Shown: positions 33,664-43,437, counted from the first letter of the stretch. The stretch: 64,000 nt of DNA from an uncultured Gemmatimonadales bacterium (GCA_963795085.1 CAWCFX010000006.1:160001-224000), one strand, 5' to 3'. Made by a program: numbers and translations. Notes: a model not told the origin generated them from the sequence alone.

Positions 33664-34275
33664 ATGCCCCTCCCCTTCCAGACCCGCTGTATAGCGTTCG
33701 AGGGCTCAACCAGAATCGCTTCCGGTGAACTGCACCAGGTGGCCCTTAAATCGAAAGAGGTCCTCGATCGGGGCGAAGGACCCGTCCTCATCTTCCACGA
33801 GGCGACCAGCGAGCCGATCGAGGTGGACTTCAGGGGCACCGCCGCCGAGGTCTTTGAGCGGATTACTTCAGCGGAGGCCGTGCGCCAGTCAGCCGGAGCG
33901 CCGGACTCGAAGCCGGTGCGTGGCCGGGGGCGCCCCCGGCTGGGTGTCGTAGCCAGGGAGGTGACGCTCCTCCCCCGCCACTGGGAATGGCTCGGCGGGC
34001 AGCCCGGGGGCGCATCGGTGGCCCTGCGGAAGCTGGTGGACGAGGCCCGCCGCGCGCGGGCCGGAGGCGACCGCCTGCGGCAGCAGGAGGAGGCGGCGTA
34101 CCGGTTCATTTCCGCCATGGCCGGCGATGAACGCGGCTTTGAGGAAGCGACCCGGGCGCTCTTTGCCCATGACGTGTCGCGGTTCTGTGAGCTGGCCGGG
34201 CTGTGGCCGCCGGACGTGCGCGATCATGCCCGGACGCTGGCGCTGGCCATCGACAAGAGCCCAGCCACTCCATGA
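33664..34275 (+). CDS. DUF2239-family protein
   Basis: RGRGRPRLGVVAREVTLLPRHWEWLGGQPGGASVALRKLVDEA and AYRFISAMAGD..GFEEATRALF are hallmark motifs. Confidence 0.9.
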   Translation: MPLPFQTRCIAFEGSTRIASGELHQVALKSKEVLDRGEGPVLIFHEATSEPIEVDFRGTAAEVFERITSAEAVRQSAGAPDSKPVRGRGRPRLGVVAREVTLLPRHWEWLGGQPGGASVALRKLVDEARRARAGGDRLRQQEEAAYRFISAMAGDERGFEEATRALFAHDVSRFCELAGLWPPDVRDHARTLALAIDKSPATP

Positions 34276-34739
34276 ACCCCTCCGTCCGCCGCGCCGGTCC
34301 CGGCGACGCCCCGATGCTGGCCCGGCTACGCTGGGAGTTTCGCGCATCGTACGGAGTGCCCGACGAGACTGAAGTCTCCTTCCTGGCGCGGTGCGAGCCG
34401 TGGATCGCGGAGCGCCTCGCCCCTCCCGGCGGGCGCTGGTCCGCCTGGATCGCGGAGGCCGGATCCGCGGCCATCGGCGCGATCTGGGTCCAATGGATCG
34501 AAAAGATTCCCAATCCGGTCGTGGAACCCGAGTGGCACGCCTATCTCACCAGCTTCTACGTCAGGGCATCATTCCGGGGAAGGCAGGTGGGATCGGCGCT
34601 GCTTCAGGCCGCGCTTTCGGAGAGCCGCCGGCGGGAGGTCGATTCGGTGATTCTCTGGCCCACACCGGAGAGCCGCTCGCTTTACGCCCGCCATGGCTTT
34701 GCCGCGGCGGGCGTGATGGAGTTACGGGACGCTCAGTAG
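34272..34739 (+). CDS. GNAT-family N-acetyltransferase
   Basis: YLTSFYVRASFRGRQVGSALL, SRSLYARHGF. ATGA overlap with DUF2239. Confidence 0.88.
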   Translation: MNPSVRRAGPGDAPMLARLRWEFRASYGVPDETEVSFLARCEPWIAERLAPPGGRWSAWIAEAGSAAIGAIWVQWIEKIPNPVVEPEWHAYLTSFYVRASFRGRQVGSALLQAALSESRRREVDSVILWPTPESRSLYARHGFAAAGVMELRDAQ

Positions 34740-34972
34740 GAGCGGGGGACCCCGGGTCCCCAATCGTCGCCGGCCTGTTCTTCGTCCGGCTCGACCGCAC
34801 TCCCCCGCTGTTGGACCTCTTGTTCGGCTTCCCGCAGCTCCCGCCGCGCTTCCAGTTCTTCGTAGCTGAGGCCGTCCTCGGGTTCCCGGGGGCGGGGCGG
34901 CGCATGCCGGCCCCGCAGCAGCCACACCAGCAGCCCGGCGAGGGCGGCGACCGCGATCACCCCTCCCCACAT
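34733..34972 (-). CDS. Small membrane-anchored acidic protein
   Basis: MWGGVIAVAALAGLLVWLL followed by an acidic tail. TGATG coupling to the upstream phosphorylase. Confidence 0.6.
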   Translation of the reverse strand: MWGGVIAVAALAGLLVWLLRGRHAPPRPREPEDGLSYEELEARRELREAEQEVQQRGSAVEPDEEQAGDDWGPGVPRSY

Positions 34973-36297
34973 CAGGCCAGCGCCTCCACGCCGTGCCGGG
35001 TAACGCGATGGGATATGAGGGGAAGCGGCGCGGCTGCATCCCCGATCTGGATAGCCTCGTCCAGGGCGGCACACCCCACGGCAATCCCGGCGGCATCCCG
35101 GGCGAACACCGAAGCGATCGGCTCCCCGGCGCTCACCCGGTCTCCCGGCTTGACGGTGATCACGAATCCGACCGCGGGATCGATGGTGTCCTCCAGCGTC
35201 CGCCGCCCGCCGCCCAGTTCAATGATCGCCTGGCCTATGCGTCGCGGTTCCACCCGGGCGATGGTACCCGCCGCCCGGGCCCGGTAGACTTCCACGGCGC
35301 CGGCCTGGGGAAGGATCGAGGGATCCTCGACCACGCGGCGATCACCGCCCTGGGCCTCGATGAGCCGGCCGAACATGTCCAGCGCCTCGCCCGAGGCCAG
35401 CGCCCGTTCCAGGCGCTGCCGGGCCGCCGGCCGCAGGGATTCAACCCCGGAGATCAGCAACATCTCCTCGGCCAGCGCCAGGGTGACCTGCATCAGATCC
35501 TCGGGACCCTTGCCCTCCAGGGCCTGGATGCTTTCCTCGATTTCGAGCGCGTTCCCGAGCGCACGGCCCAGCGGGCGATCCATCGCGGTGAGCAGGGCGA
35601 CTGTGCGGCAGCCCCGGGCTTCCCCCAGGCCGATCATGGTGCGAGACAGGTCCAGCGCCCGGGCAGGGTCGGGAAGAAAGGCTCCGCTTCCGGTCTTTAC
35701 GTCGAGCACCAGTCCCCCCAGGCCTTCGGCCAGTTTCTTCGACATGATGCTGGCGGCGATGAGGGGAATGGATTCGACCGTCGCGGTGACGTCGCGGAGC
35801 GCATAGACTTTTCCGTCCGCGGGTGTAATCTCCGGAGTCTGCCGCAGCATGGCGCACCCCAGGGAGCGGACCTGCGCACCGACCTCGGCGAGGCTCAGAC
35901 CGGTCCGGAACCCGGGAATCGACTCCAGTTTGTCCACCGTGCCCCCGGTATGGCCGAGTCCGCGGCCGGACATCATGGGCACCGCGGCACCACAGGCCGC
36001 CACCAGGGGGACCAGTATGAGGGAGGTCTTGTCGCCGACCCCCCCGGTCGAGTGCTTGTCGACGACCGGACGGTCCAGGCCGGTGAAATCCAGCCGGTCC
36101 CCGGATTGGAGCAGGGCGTCGGCGTAGGCGTCCAGTTCCGCGGCCTCAAGGCCCTGGAAAAAAACCGCCATGAGCAGCGCGGCCATCTGGTAGTCCGGCA
36201 CTTCGCCGGATGAGTAGCCGGCCACCACCTCGCGCCACTCGTCCGGCGACAGCGCCTCGCCATCGCGCTTCCGTTCTATGACCCTGGGCATCAGCAT
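34972..36297 (-). CDS. pdp: Pyrimidine-nucleoside/thymidine phosphorylase
   Basis: DKHSTGGVGDK, SGRGLGHTGGT.DKLESIPG, YALRDVTATV, SIMSKK. Confidence 0.93.
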   Translation of the reverse strand: MLMPRVIERKRDGEALSPDEWREVVAGYSSGEVPDYQMAALLMAVFFQGLEAAELDAYADALLQSGDRLDFTGLDRPVVDKHSTGGVGDKTSLILVPLVAACGAAVPMMSGRGLGHTGGTVDKLESIPGFRTGLSLAEVGAQVRSLGCAMLRQTPEITPADGKVYALRDVTATVESIPLIAASIMSKKLAEGLGGLVLDVKTGSGAFLPDPARALDLSRTMIGLGEARGCRTVALLTAMDRPLGRALGNALEIEESIQALEGKGPEDLMQVTLALAEEMLLISGVESLRPAARQRLERALASGEALDMFGRLIEAQGGDRRVVEDPSILPQAGAVEVYRARAAGTIARVEPRRIGQAIIELGGGRRTLEDTIDPAVGFVITVKPGDRVSAGEPIASVFARDAAGIAVGCAALDEAIQIGDAAAPLPLISHRVTRHGVEALA

Positions 36298-36307
36298 AAG
36301 GGATGTA

Positions 36308-37090
36308 ATGAAAGCCTGTCGTGTCGCGCTGGTCCTGGCCATGGTGCTGCCCCTGCCGCTATGGGCCCAGGCGCCCGATCATATCGCGATGGGGGTCGTC
36401 CGGGCGGAGGCGCGGGATCCGGGGGCGGCCCTTGTGCACTTTAAGGCCAGGCTGGCGGCCGAGCCTTCCGACTATGAAGCCAACTGGCGGGCGGCGCTCG
36501 CCCTGCTGGACCTGGGCAAGCAAATACCCGACTCCGCCCGGAGTGCCCGGCGAGACTCCTTATACGCCGAGTCCGAGCGGTTGGCGCGGCGGGCCACCGA
36601 ACTCAACCCGGCCGATGCGGAGGGCCACTTCGTGCTCGCCGCGGCGATCGGACGGGCATCGCTGACCCGGAGCAGCCGGGAGCGGGTGAAACGGGCGGCG
36701 GAGATCCGGGCCGAGGCCCTGCGGGCGGTCGAACTGGACCCCCGCCACGACGGCGCGCTCCACGTGCTGGGCCGATGGCACGCCGAGGTCATGCGGCTCA
36801 CGGCGGTCGAGCGTTTCTTCGCGCGAAGCTTTCTGGGCGGCGGTGATTTGCGCCAGGCCTCGTGGGACCAGGCTCTTGCCTGCATGGAGCGGGCGGTGCG
36901 CCTGGCGCCGGCCAATATCTACCACCAATTGGACCTGGCGGAGATTTACATCGACCGCCGGCGATTCGCCGACGCCCGTGCCCGCCTGGAGGGGATCGCG
37001 CTCCTGCCGGTGCGGGACGTCATGGATCCGGAGTACCAGGCGGCAGCGGCCCGCCTGCTGGCCCGGATCGCAGACCGGCCCACCCGCTGA
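36308..37090 (+). CDS. Exported TPR protein (RMD/RMDN-like)
   Basis: Signal peptide (LWA-Q), YEANWRAA, HVLGRWH.EV..L...ER helical repeats. Confidence 0.7.
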   Translation: MKACRVALVLAMVLPLPLWAQAPDHIAMGVVRAEARDPGAALVHFKARLAAEPSDYEANWRAALALLDLGKQIPDSARSARRDSLYAESERLARRATELNPADAEGHFVLAAAIGRASLTRSSRERVKRAAEIRAEALRAVELDPRHDGALHVLGRWHAEVMRLTAVERFFARSFLGGGDLRQASWDQALACMERAVRLAPANIYHQLDLAEIYIDRRRFADARARLEGIALLPVRDVMDPEYQAAAARLLARIADRPTR

Positions 37091-37100
37091 CGCGGTCCGC

Positions 37101-37367
37101 TCAGGCCCGGCGGACCCGCTGGAGTTCCTTGCGGAGCTGGTTTTTCATCTCTCGCACCGAATCGCCGGAGCGGTCTTTGAGCTGGCGCATCTTGCGTCCC
37201 AGCCGGCGCCGGGTCCGGCTGCCCCGGTCGGGGGCGTACAGGAGGGCAAAGCCGGCGCCGATCAGGGCTCCGACCGCGATGCCGGTTAGAAAGGTCCGGG
37301 TTCCGCGGCTGGTCTCCGCCGGGTCTTCCCGATAATCGTCGTCCAGGGAGAATTCGTCGTCCGTCAT
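37101..37367 (-). CDS. YtxH-domain protein
   Basis: FLTGIAVGALIGAGFALLYAPDRGSRTR. Confidence 0.85.
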   Translation of the reverse strand: MTDDEFSLDDDYREDPAETSRGTRTFLTGIAVGALIGAGFALLYAPDRGSRTRRRLGRKMRQLKDRSGDSVREMKNQLRKELQRVRRA

Positions 37368-37478
37368 GGCAAGCCTCTGAAGAATACGGGGACAGGTAAC
37401 CTACAGCGGGTGGAACCCCGCCCGATAGGGCCGGGAGTGTGCTATCTTTGAAGCTACCCTTATCCCCGACCCAGCCCT

Positions 37479-38264
37479 ATGACCTCCGTCACGACGCCCT
37501 CCGACCAGGACGAAATCGAACGGCTGACCGCCCGGGTCGACGCACTGGAGCATGAACGCCGCCACCTGCTGGCGGTCATCGAAATCCTCCAGGAGATCGC
37601 GGCGTCGCTCCACTTCACCGACATCGTGCAATCCATCGCCAGGAAGCTGGGCGAGGCGTTCGGGCTGGACCGTTGCTCGATCTTCCTGGCCGAGCGGGGC
37701 GGACGGACGGTGCGCCTGGTGGCGAGCTACGAGGATCCCAGCATTCGCAACTACGTGGTGGACCTGGAGCGCTACCCCGAACTCCGGCGCTCGCTTTCGA
37801 CCGGCCAGACGGTGTTCATCCCCGACGCGGCCAGCGACACGTCGCTGCAGCATATCAAGGGGACCCTGGCCAACCGGAAGGTCAAGTCCATAACCGTGGT
37901 GCCAATCACCTGGCGGGGGGTGGCCATCGGCGCCATCTTCCTGCGCACCTTCCGTGACGGCCCCGCGTTCAGCGACTCGGACGTGCGCTTCTGCCAGGTG
38001 GTGGCAAACCTGACCGCCAAGGCCCTCCGCAACGCGCACCGCTTCGAGCGGCTGCAGGAGCGGCGGGGAGAGAATTCCGCCTCCCGGGCCCGGGAGCGGG
38101 AACAGGCTGCCCTGGTCGGGTTCATACGCCGGCTGCTGGAAGAATATGCCGCCAAGGACGGGCCCTGGGGCGAGGGCGTTCTGGCCAAGGCCAGCGCCGA
38201 AGAGCTGGACCGGATGGTCGGCGTGGCGCTGACGGTGATCACCCAGGAAGCGTCGGGCCGCTAG
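37479..38264 (+). CDS. Stand-alone GAF-domain protein
   Basis: N-terminal coiled coil, DRCSIFL, YPEL, SITVVPI...IGAIFL, ALRNA. Confidence 0.8.
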   Translation: MTSVTTPSDQDEIERLTARVDALEHERRHLLAVIEILQEIAASLHFTDIVQSIARKLGEAFGLDRCSIFLAERGGRTVRLVASYEDPSIRNYVVDLERYPELRRSLSTGQTVFIPDAASDTSLQHIKGTLANRKVKSITVVPITWRGVAIGAIFLRTFRDGPAFSDSDVRFCQVVANLTAKALRNAHRFERLQERRGENSASRAREREQAALVGFIRRLLEEYAAKDGPWGEGVLAKASAEELDRMVGVALTVITQEASGR

Positions 38265-38393
38265 GCCGAAATGTGATTACTGCGGAGAATACAACGCACG
38301 AAGAAACGAGATGATAGAAACCAGGAGAGGAGACCTTTCGTCCAACTTTGTTGTCCCGCGTGAACTGGCCCTGTTGAGATTTCCACGCCTCGC

Positions 38394-40394
38394 ATGACCC
38401 CCTCCGCCGACCGCGCCCGCTCGCTCCGGGAGCAACTGGAGCGCGCCAACCGCGCCTACTACGTGCTGGACGCGCCCGAAATCAGCGATGCCGAGTATGA
38501 CCGGCTCTTTCGCGAACTGCAGGGACTGGAGGAGGCCCATCCGGAGCTGCGGATGCCGGACAGCCCCACCCTGCGGGTCGGCGCGGCCCCGGCCACCGCA
38601 CTGGGAAAGCACGCCCACCACCGCCCGATGATCTCCCTGGCCAACGCCTTCGACACCGCCGAGTTGGAGGCCTGGCAGGACCGGAACACCCGGATCAATG
38701 CCGACGTGCTGAAGGCGGGGTACACCACTGAAGTGAAAATCGACGGGGCGGCGGTGAGCATGACCTACCGGGAGGGCCGGCTGGTGACCGGCGCCACCCG
38801 CGGGAACGGCATCGTGGGCGAGGACATCACCGCCAACCTGCGTACCATTCCCGACGTCCCCCTGGTGCTCAAGGGCTCCGGCCATCCCGCCCTGATGGAA
38901 ATTCGCGGCGAGGTGTACTTCACCTATGCCGCGTTCAGCCGGCTCAACCAGCAGCGGGAGGCCGCGGGAGAGCCCCTCTTCGCCAACCCGCGCAACGCCG
39001 CCGCCGGCGGGCTGCGGCAACTGGATCCCGCCGTCACCCGGGAGCGCCGGCTCCGGATGTTCGCGTTCCACGTCGAGGTCGTGGAGGGCAAACTCCCGGC
39101 CACCACCCATTGGCAGACGCTCGACCTGCTCCAGTCCTGGGGTTTCCAGGTGGAGGAGCACCGGGCCCGGCTGACCGACCTCGCCGGCGTGATCCGGCGC
39201 ATCGAAGACTACGAGACCCTGCTGCCCACCCTGCCCTTCCAGGCCGATGGCGTTGTCATCAAGGTGGACCAGCTTCGGCTGCACGACGACCTGGGCATCG
39301 TGGGCGGCCGGGAGCCCCGCTGGGCCGTCGCCCGGAAGTTTGCGCCTGAGGTCGCCATTACCCGGGTGAAGGAAATCCGGGTGAACGTCGGACGTACCGG
39401 GGCCCTCAACCCTTACGCGGTGCTGGAGCCGGTGGAGTGCGGCGGAGTGACCGTCTCCAACGCCACCCTTCATAATGAAGACCTGATCGCCCAGAAGGAC
39501 ATCCGGGAGGGCGACTGGGTCGAGATCATCCGGGCCGGCGAGGTGATCCCCCAGGTCATCGGACCCCTGCGCGACCGGGAGCGGGGTCCCCGGCCGTTCG
39601 TCATGCCCGACGCCTGCCCGGCGTGCGGGACCCCGGTGGAACGGATGCCGGACGAGGCGATGCGGTACTGCCCCAACGCCTCCTGCCCGGGCCGGATTCT
39701 CGAGAGCATCGTGCACTTCGCCTCCCGGGACGCCATGGATATCCGGGGCCTGGGGTACGAGCGGGTCCGCCAGCTGCTCGACACCGGGCTCATCCGTACG
39801 GTGGCGGACTTGTACCGCATCACCGCAGACCAGCTGGTGGAACTGGAGCGCTACGCCGCGCAGTCGGCGAAGCAGCTGGTCGTCGCCATCGCCGACAGCC
39901 GGAGCCGGCCCCTGTCGGTCCTGCTCTTTGGCCTGGGGATCCGCCACGTGGGCAAGACGGTGGCCGCGCTGCTGGCGCGCTACTTCGGCACCATGGACCG
40001 GCTCCAGGCCGCCACCGCCGACGAGATCAGCGCCGTTCCCGGCGCTGGCATGGTCATCGCGGAGGCGGTGACCAGTTTCTTTCACAATCCCGGCAACCGG
40101 GCCCTGGTCGCCGAACTCGCCGACCGGGGACTGGCCATGCGGGAACCGGCCGCCGCGCCACGGGAAGGGCCCCTGCTCGGTCGGACCTACGTGATCACCG
40201 GGACGCTGCCGACGTTGAGCCGGGCCGCCGCCGCGGCGCTGATCGAAGAGGCGGGCGGCCGGGTGGCCGGCAGCGTAAGCAAGAAGACCGACGCCCTGCT
40301 GGCCGGCGAAGAGGCCGGCAGCAAACTGGACAAGGCGAAATCGCTCGGCGTGGAGGTGATCGACGAGGCGGAACTCTTGCGCCGCGTGCGCTGA
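38394..40394 (+). CDS. ligA: NAD-dependent DNA ligase
   Basis: YYVLDAPEISDAEYD, EVKIDG, ANPRNAAAG, VGRTG, zinc finger, BRCT. Confidence 0.97.
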   Translation: MTPSADRARSLREQLERANRAYYVLDAPEISDAEYDRLFRELQGLEEAHPELRMPDSPTLRVGAAPATALGKHAHHRPMISLANAFDTAELEAWQDRNTRINADVLKAGYTTEVKIDGAAVSMTYREGRLVTGATRGNGIVGEDITANLRTIPDVPLVLKGSGHPALMEIRGEVYFTYAAFSRLNQQREAAGEPLFANPRNAAAGGLRQLDPAVTRERRLRMFAFHVEVVEGKLPATTHWQTLDLLQSWGFQVEEHRARLTDLAGVIRRIEDYETLLPTLPFQADGVVIKVDQLRLHDDLGIVGGREPRWAVARKFAPEVAITRVKEIRVNVGRTGALNPYAVLEPVECGGVTVSNATLHNEDLIAQKDIREGDWVEIIRAGEVIPQVIGPLRDRERGPRPFVMPDACPACGTPVERMPDEAMRYCPNASCPGRILESIVHFASRDAMDIRGLGYERVRQLLDTGLIRTVADLYRITADQLVELERYAAQSAKQLVVAIADSRSRPLSVLLFGLGIRHVGKTVAALLARYFGTMDRLQAATADEISAVPGAGMVIAEAVTSFFHNPGNRALVAELADRGLAMREPAAAPREGPLLGRTYVITGTLPTLSRAAAAALIEEAGGRVAGSVSKKTDALLAGEEAGSKLDKAKSLGVEVIDEAELLRRVR

Positions 40395-40435
40395 ATCTTG
40401 TAGCTTGGCACAACCTTCTCCCTGACTCCCAGACT

Positions 40436-40993
40436 ATGAACGCCGCGGCCCTGCTCATCCCCCATCGCTGCCTCGTGCTCAGCCGCGCAGCGCTGCACCA
40501 GCTCCGGGTCAGCCTGGAAAAAGGCACCGGCGTCCAGAGCGCGACCTACCTCCAGGAGGCCGGGTTCGCCAGCGGGGAGGGCGTGTACGGCGCCTTCGCG
40601 GAGTGGGCGGCGGCCACCTACTTCGTCGCGAAGCCGGCCGACCTCGACGTCCAGTTCCTGGGAGAGGCCATGTCCGGGTTTTTTCAGGAATGCGGCTGGG
40701 GCACCCTGGTACCGGACCAGATCGCCCCGGCGGTGATGTGCCTTGATTCCACCGACTGGTCGGAAGCGGCCCCGGAAACCGAAGCGCAATACCCGTCCTG
40801 TCATTTTTCCTGCGGCATGCTGGCCGACTTTATGGGCCGGCTCTCCGGCGGTCTCATGGGCGTGATGGAAGTCGAGTGCCGGTCCCGGGGCGACGAGCGC
40901 TGCCGCTTCCTGGGCGGCTCGCCCGAGACGCTGAATGTCATCTACGAACGCATGAACCAGGGGATCGGATACCAGCAGGCGCTGGGGATGTAG
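40436..40993 (+). CDS. Stand-alone V4R-domain protein
   Basis: FFQECGWG, PSCHFSCGML, EVECRSRGDERCRF. Confidence 0.85.
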   Translation: MNAAALLIPHRCLVLSRAALHQLRVSLEKGTGVQSATYLQEAGFASGEGVYGAFAEWAAATYFVAKPADLDVQFLGEAMSGFFQECGWGTLVPDQIAPAVMCLDSTDWSEAAPETEAQYPSCHFSCGMLADFMGRLSGGLMGVMEVECRSRGDERCRFLGGSPETLNVIYERMNQGIGYQQALGM

Positions 40994-41142
40994 CGGACGG
41001 GCGGGCCCGGCGGCGTTCCCGCCGCGGGCCAACCGCGCCGGGCGAATGCATCCGGTGGGACGGCATTGGCGGAGTGACTCAAGGATCTCTGGTTTCGCGG
41101 GAGATCCTTTGTCCTATCGGAAATCCCTCACCCAGGCTTCGA

Positions 41143-41517
41143 GTGCGCTACGTCGACCTTCGCGAACTGCTCGAACTCGCCGTGGGCACCCTGCTGGGCG
41201 TCGGGCTTGTCTCGCTCCTTCACCACCAGTGGCCCGGCCTGCTGGTTTCTCCTCCTACCTATGACACCTGGCGGATCATTGGCGCCGGTCTGGGCCTGTT
41301 GCTGGCCGTCGTCTGGAGCGCCCGGAAGGTGGACCAGCGAATCGATCACCGGATCCCCCCCCACCAGCGGAAGCTGCCCGCGTTCAACGAAGGACGCCCG
41401 GTCGGGGTCCTGGCCTGGCGCACCCGCGATGCGGCTTCAGAGTATCTATGGCTGGTGATGGGGGTGGTGGTGGTATTGATGATCCTGTGGCTGGTCAGGA
41501 CGTTCGTACCCCGGTAA
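41143..41517 (+). CDS. Hypothetical membrane protein (3 TMs)
   Basis: Three hydrophobic segments in ORF 40876-41517. Start uncertain. Confidence 0.55.
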   Translation: MRYVDLRELLELAVGTLLGVGLVSLLHHQWPGLLVSPPTYDTWRIIGAGLGLLLAVVWSARKVDQRIDHRIPPHQRKLPAFNEGRPVGVLAWRTRDAASEYLWLVMGVVVVLMILWLVRTFVPR

Positions 41518-41520
41518 AAG

Positions 41521-41590
41521 GGGGCAAGAGGGTCAGGGGGCAGGAGGGTCAGGGGGCGGAAGGGTCAGGGGGCAGAAGGGTCAGGGGAGC
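41521..41590. repeat. 16-bp G-rich tandem repeat, about 4.5 copies
   Basis: GGGTCA recurs at 41530, 41546, 41562 and 41578. Unit approximately GGGTCAGGGGGCAGAA. Confidence 0.9.
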
Positions 41591-41602
41591 ATTCCTCTGC
41601 GG

Positions 41603-42145
41603 TTAGGGGTTGCATTCGCCGGCTTCCGGCGGTTCCGCCGCTCCGTACCGGGTTCGCAGCAGGCTCACCGGCGTAACTCCCCCCTGCCGTTCCAGCACAA
41701 AAAGCGCGGAGTACTGGCCATCGCAGAGGTCTGGCATCGTCGGACCGCCGAGGGCGGCGATGATTGCCGCCAGCGTGTTGCTGTGGCCGACCACGAGTGC
41801 GGTCGAGCCAGGGGGCAACCCGTCGAGCGCGCGGACCACCCCGGGAGGGCCGGCACCGGCCGGCACGATGGTGACCGCGAGGTTCGCGGCGCCGGCGGCG
41901 GGTGCCGCCGTGAGCCGGGTGCGCAGATACTGCGTACTGATGACAGCGGCCAGGCGAACATCGGCGAGGGCGCGGGCGAGATCCTGGGCCCGTTGTTCCC
42001 CGGCCGCGGTCAGCCCCGGGTCTCCGCTGGGCGCGGCCTTTTCGGCGTGGCGCACCAGGACCACCGTCGAGGCCTGGGCCGGCAGGCGGGTCGCGGCCAG
42101 CGCCAGCAGCAGGAGGGGGGCGGCACCCAGGCTTCGCAGGATCAT
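41603..42145 (-). CDS. Exported histidine phosphatase (SixA/PGM-like)
   Basis: Signal peptide, VLVRHAEK, LTAAGEQRA, LVVGHSNT. Confidence 0.85.
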   Translation of the reverse strand: MILRSLGAAPLLLLALAATRLPAQASTVVLVRHAEKAAPSGDPGLTAAGEQRAQDLARALADVRLAAVISTQYLRTRLTAAPAAGAANLAVTIVPAGAGPPGVVRALDGLPPGSTALVVGHSNTLAAIIAALGGPTMPDLCDGQYSALFVLERQGGVTPVSLLRTRYGAAEPPEAGECNP

Positions 42146-43437
42146 CGGCCAGTGACCGAGACACCGTCGATGACCATCGGCGGCACCCCGGTGCTGCCGA
42201 CCCACTTCACGTGTTTGCCCAGCCCCGCGATCCGCTTCAGCAGGTCGTACACCACGCCGGCGATGGCGGCATCCTTGATCCGGCCGGTCACTTCGCCGTT
42301 GACCACCCGGTACGCCAGGGCGACCGGGTGCGAGAAGGCGCCGCCGATCACGTTGCCCTGCCCCACGCCGAGCAGTTCGTCCACCAACAGGCCGTCCTGG
42401 ATCTGCGCAACCAGCTCGGTAAACTCGAGGGAGCCCGGCTCCACCATCAGGTTGGAGTAGGCGGCTTGCGGTTTGCCGAAGGTGCTGCGCCTGGCGTGGC
42501 CGGACGGTGCGACCCCCGCCCGTCCGGCGGTCTCCAGGTCGTAGATGAACCGGCGCACGCTGCCCTGCTCGATGAGTGGAGTCATGGCGGAGGGGACGCC
42601 TTCGTCGTCCACCGGCCGGGATCCGCTCCGGCCATCGAGCAGCGGGTTGTCCACGAGGGTGAACCCGGCATCGAACATCGGGGTGTCGCGCCGTTCCCAG
42701 AGCGGCGACACCCCCTGGATCGCTGACTTGCCCTGCAGCGCCAGCTTGAGCGGCGTGAGCAGCACCGCCGCGCCCCCCGGCGTGAAGCAGACCGGTACCG
42801 CGCCGGATGGTGGGGCGGCGGCGCGGTCAGCCCACGCGACGCGCTGCAGCATCCCCTCGACCAGGCCCTCGAGATCGGCCGGGGCGGGCAGGTCGGCCCC
42901 GGCCAGGTAGTCCGCGACGATCAGCACGTCGTCGCCGCGAACCCGGGTAAGCTCCGCAGACAGGCTGACGGTCGTGACGTCGTAGCTGGCGTCAACGCCG
43001 GCGGTGTTGGCCACTCGGACGGACCCTACCGAGCGCTCCACCGTCACATTGACCTGGCAGTGATCGCGGGAGAGCCGGGACAGCACGAAGTTACCCAACT
43101 GGGCCAGGTCGGCGACCGATGCCGCCGCGGCCCGCGGGAAATGGGTGGCGACGGCGGGCAGAGGCCGGGGTCCCGGCAGGTCGACCCGGGCGGTTTCTCC
43201 GATCCGGGCCGAGGCGAATGCGGCCTCCACGACGGCGGCGGCATCGTCCGCGGTACTGCCGGAGAATCCCATGCGGCCATCCAGGACGACCCGGAGGTTA
43301 ACCCCTCGCTCCTGGGCATACGCCGAGCTCTTGAGCCGGCCTGCCTCGATGATGAGCGTCGTGGTCTCGTCGGTCTTGAGCACCGCATCGGCCAGCCTGG
43401 CCCGCCGGGAGGCCCGGTCCAGCAGTTCGCCGATCAC
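42142..43437 (-). CDS. TldE/PmbA-family protein
   Basis: SRPVDDEGVP, no HExxH, GTGA-coupled to tldD. Confidence 0.88.
   Translation of the reverse strand: MIGELLDRASRRARLADAVLKTDETTTLIIEAGRLKSSAYAQERGVNLRVVLDGRMGFSGSTADDAAAVVEAAFASARIGETARVDLPGPRPLPAVATHFPRAAAASVADLAQLGNFVLSRLSRDHCQVNVTVERSVGSVRVANTAGVDASYDVTTVSLSAELTRVRGDDVLIVADYLAGADLPAPADLEGLVEGMLQRVAWADRAAAPPSGAVPVCFTPGGAAVLLTPLKLALQGKSAIQGVSPLWERRDTPMFDAGFTLVDNPLLDGRSGSRPVDDEGVPSAMTPLIEQGSVRRFIYDLETAGRAGVAPSGHARRSTFGKPQAAYSNLMVEPGSLEFTELVAQIQDGLLVDELLGVGQGNVIGGAFSHPVALAYRVVNGEVTGRIKDAAIAGVVYDLLKRIAGLGKHVKWVGSTGVPPMVIDGVSVTGR

Noticed and set aside
40405..40422. TTGGCACAACCTTCTC as a sigma54 promoter for the V4R gene
   Set aside because: Good -24 box but no GC at the -12 position.
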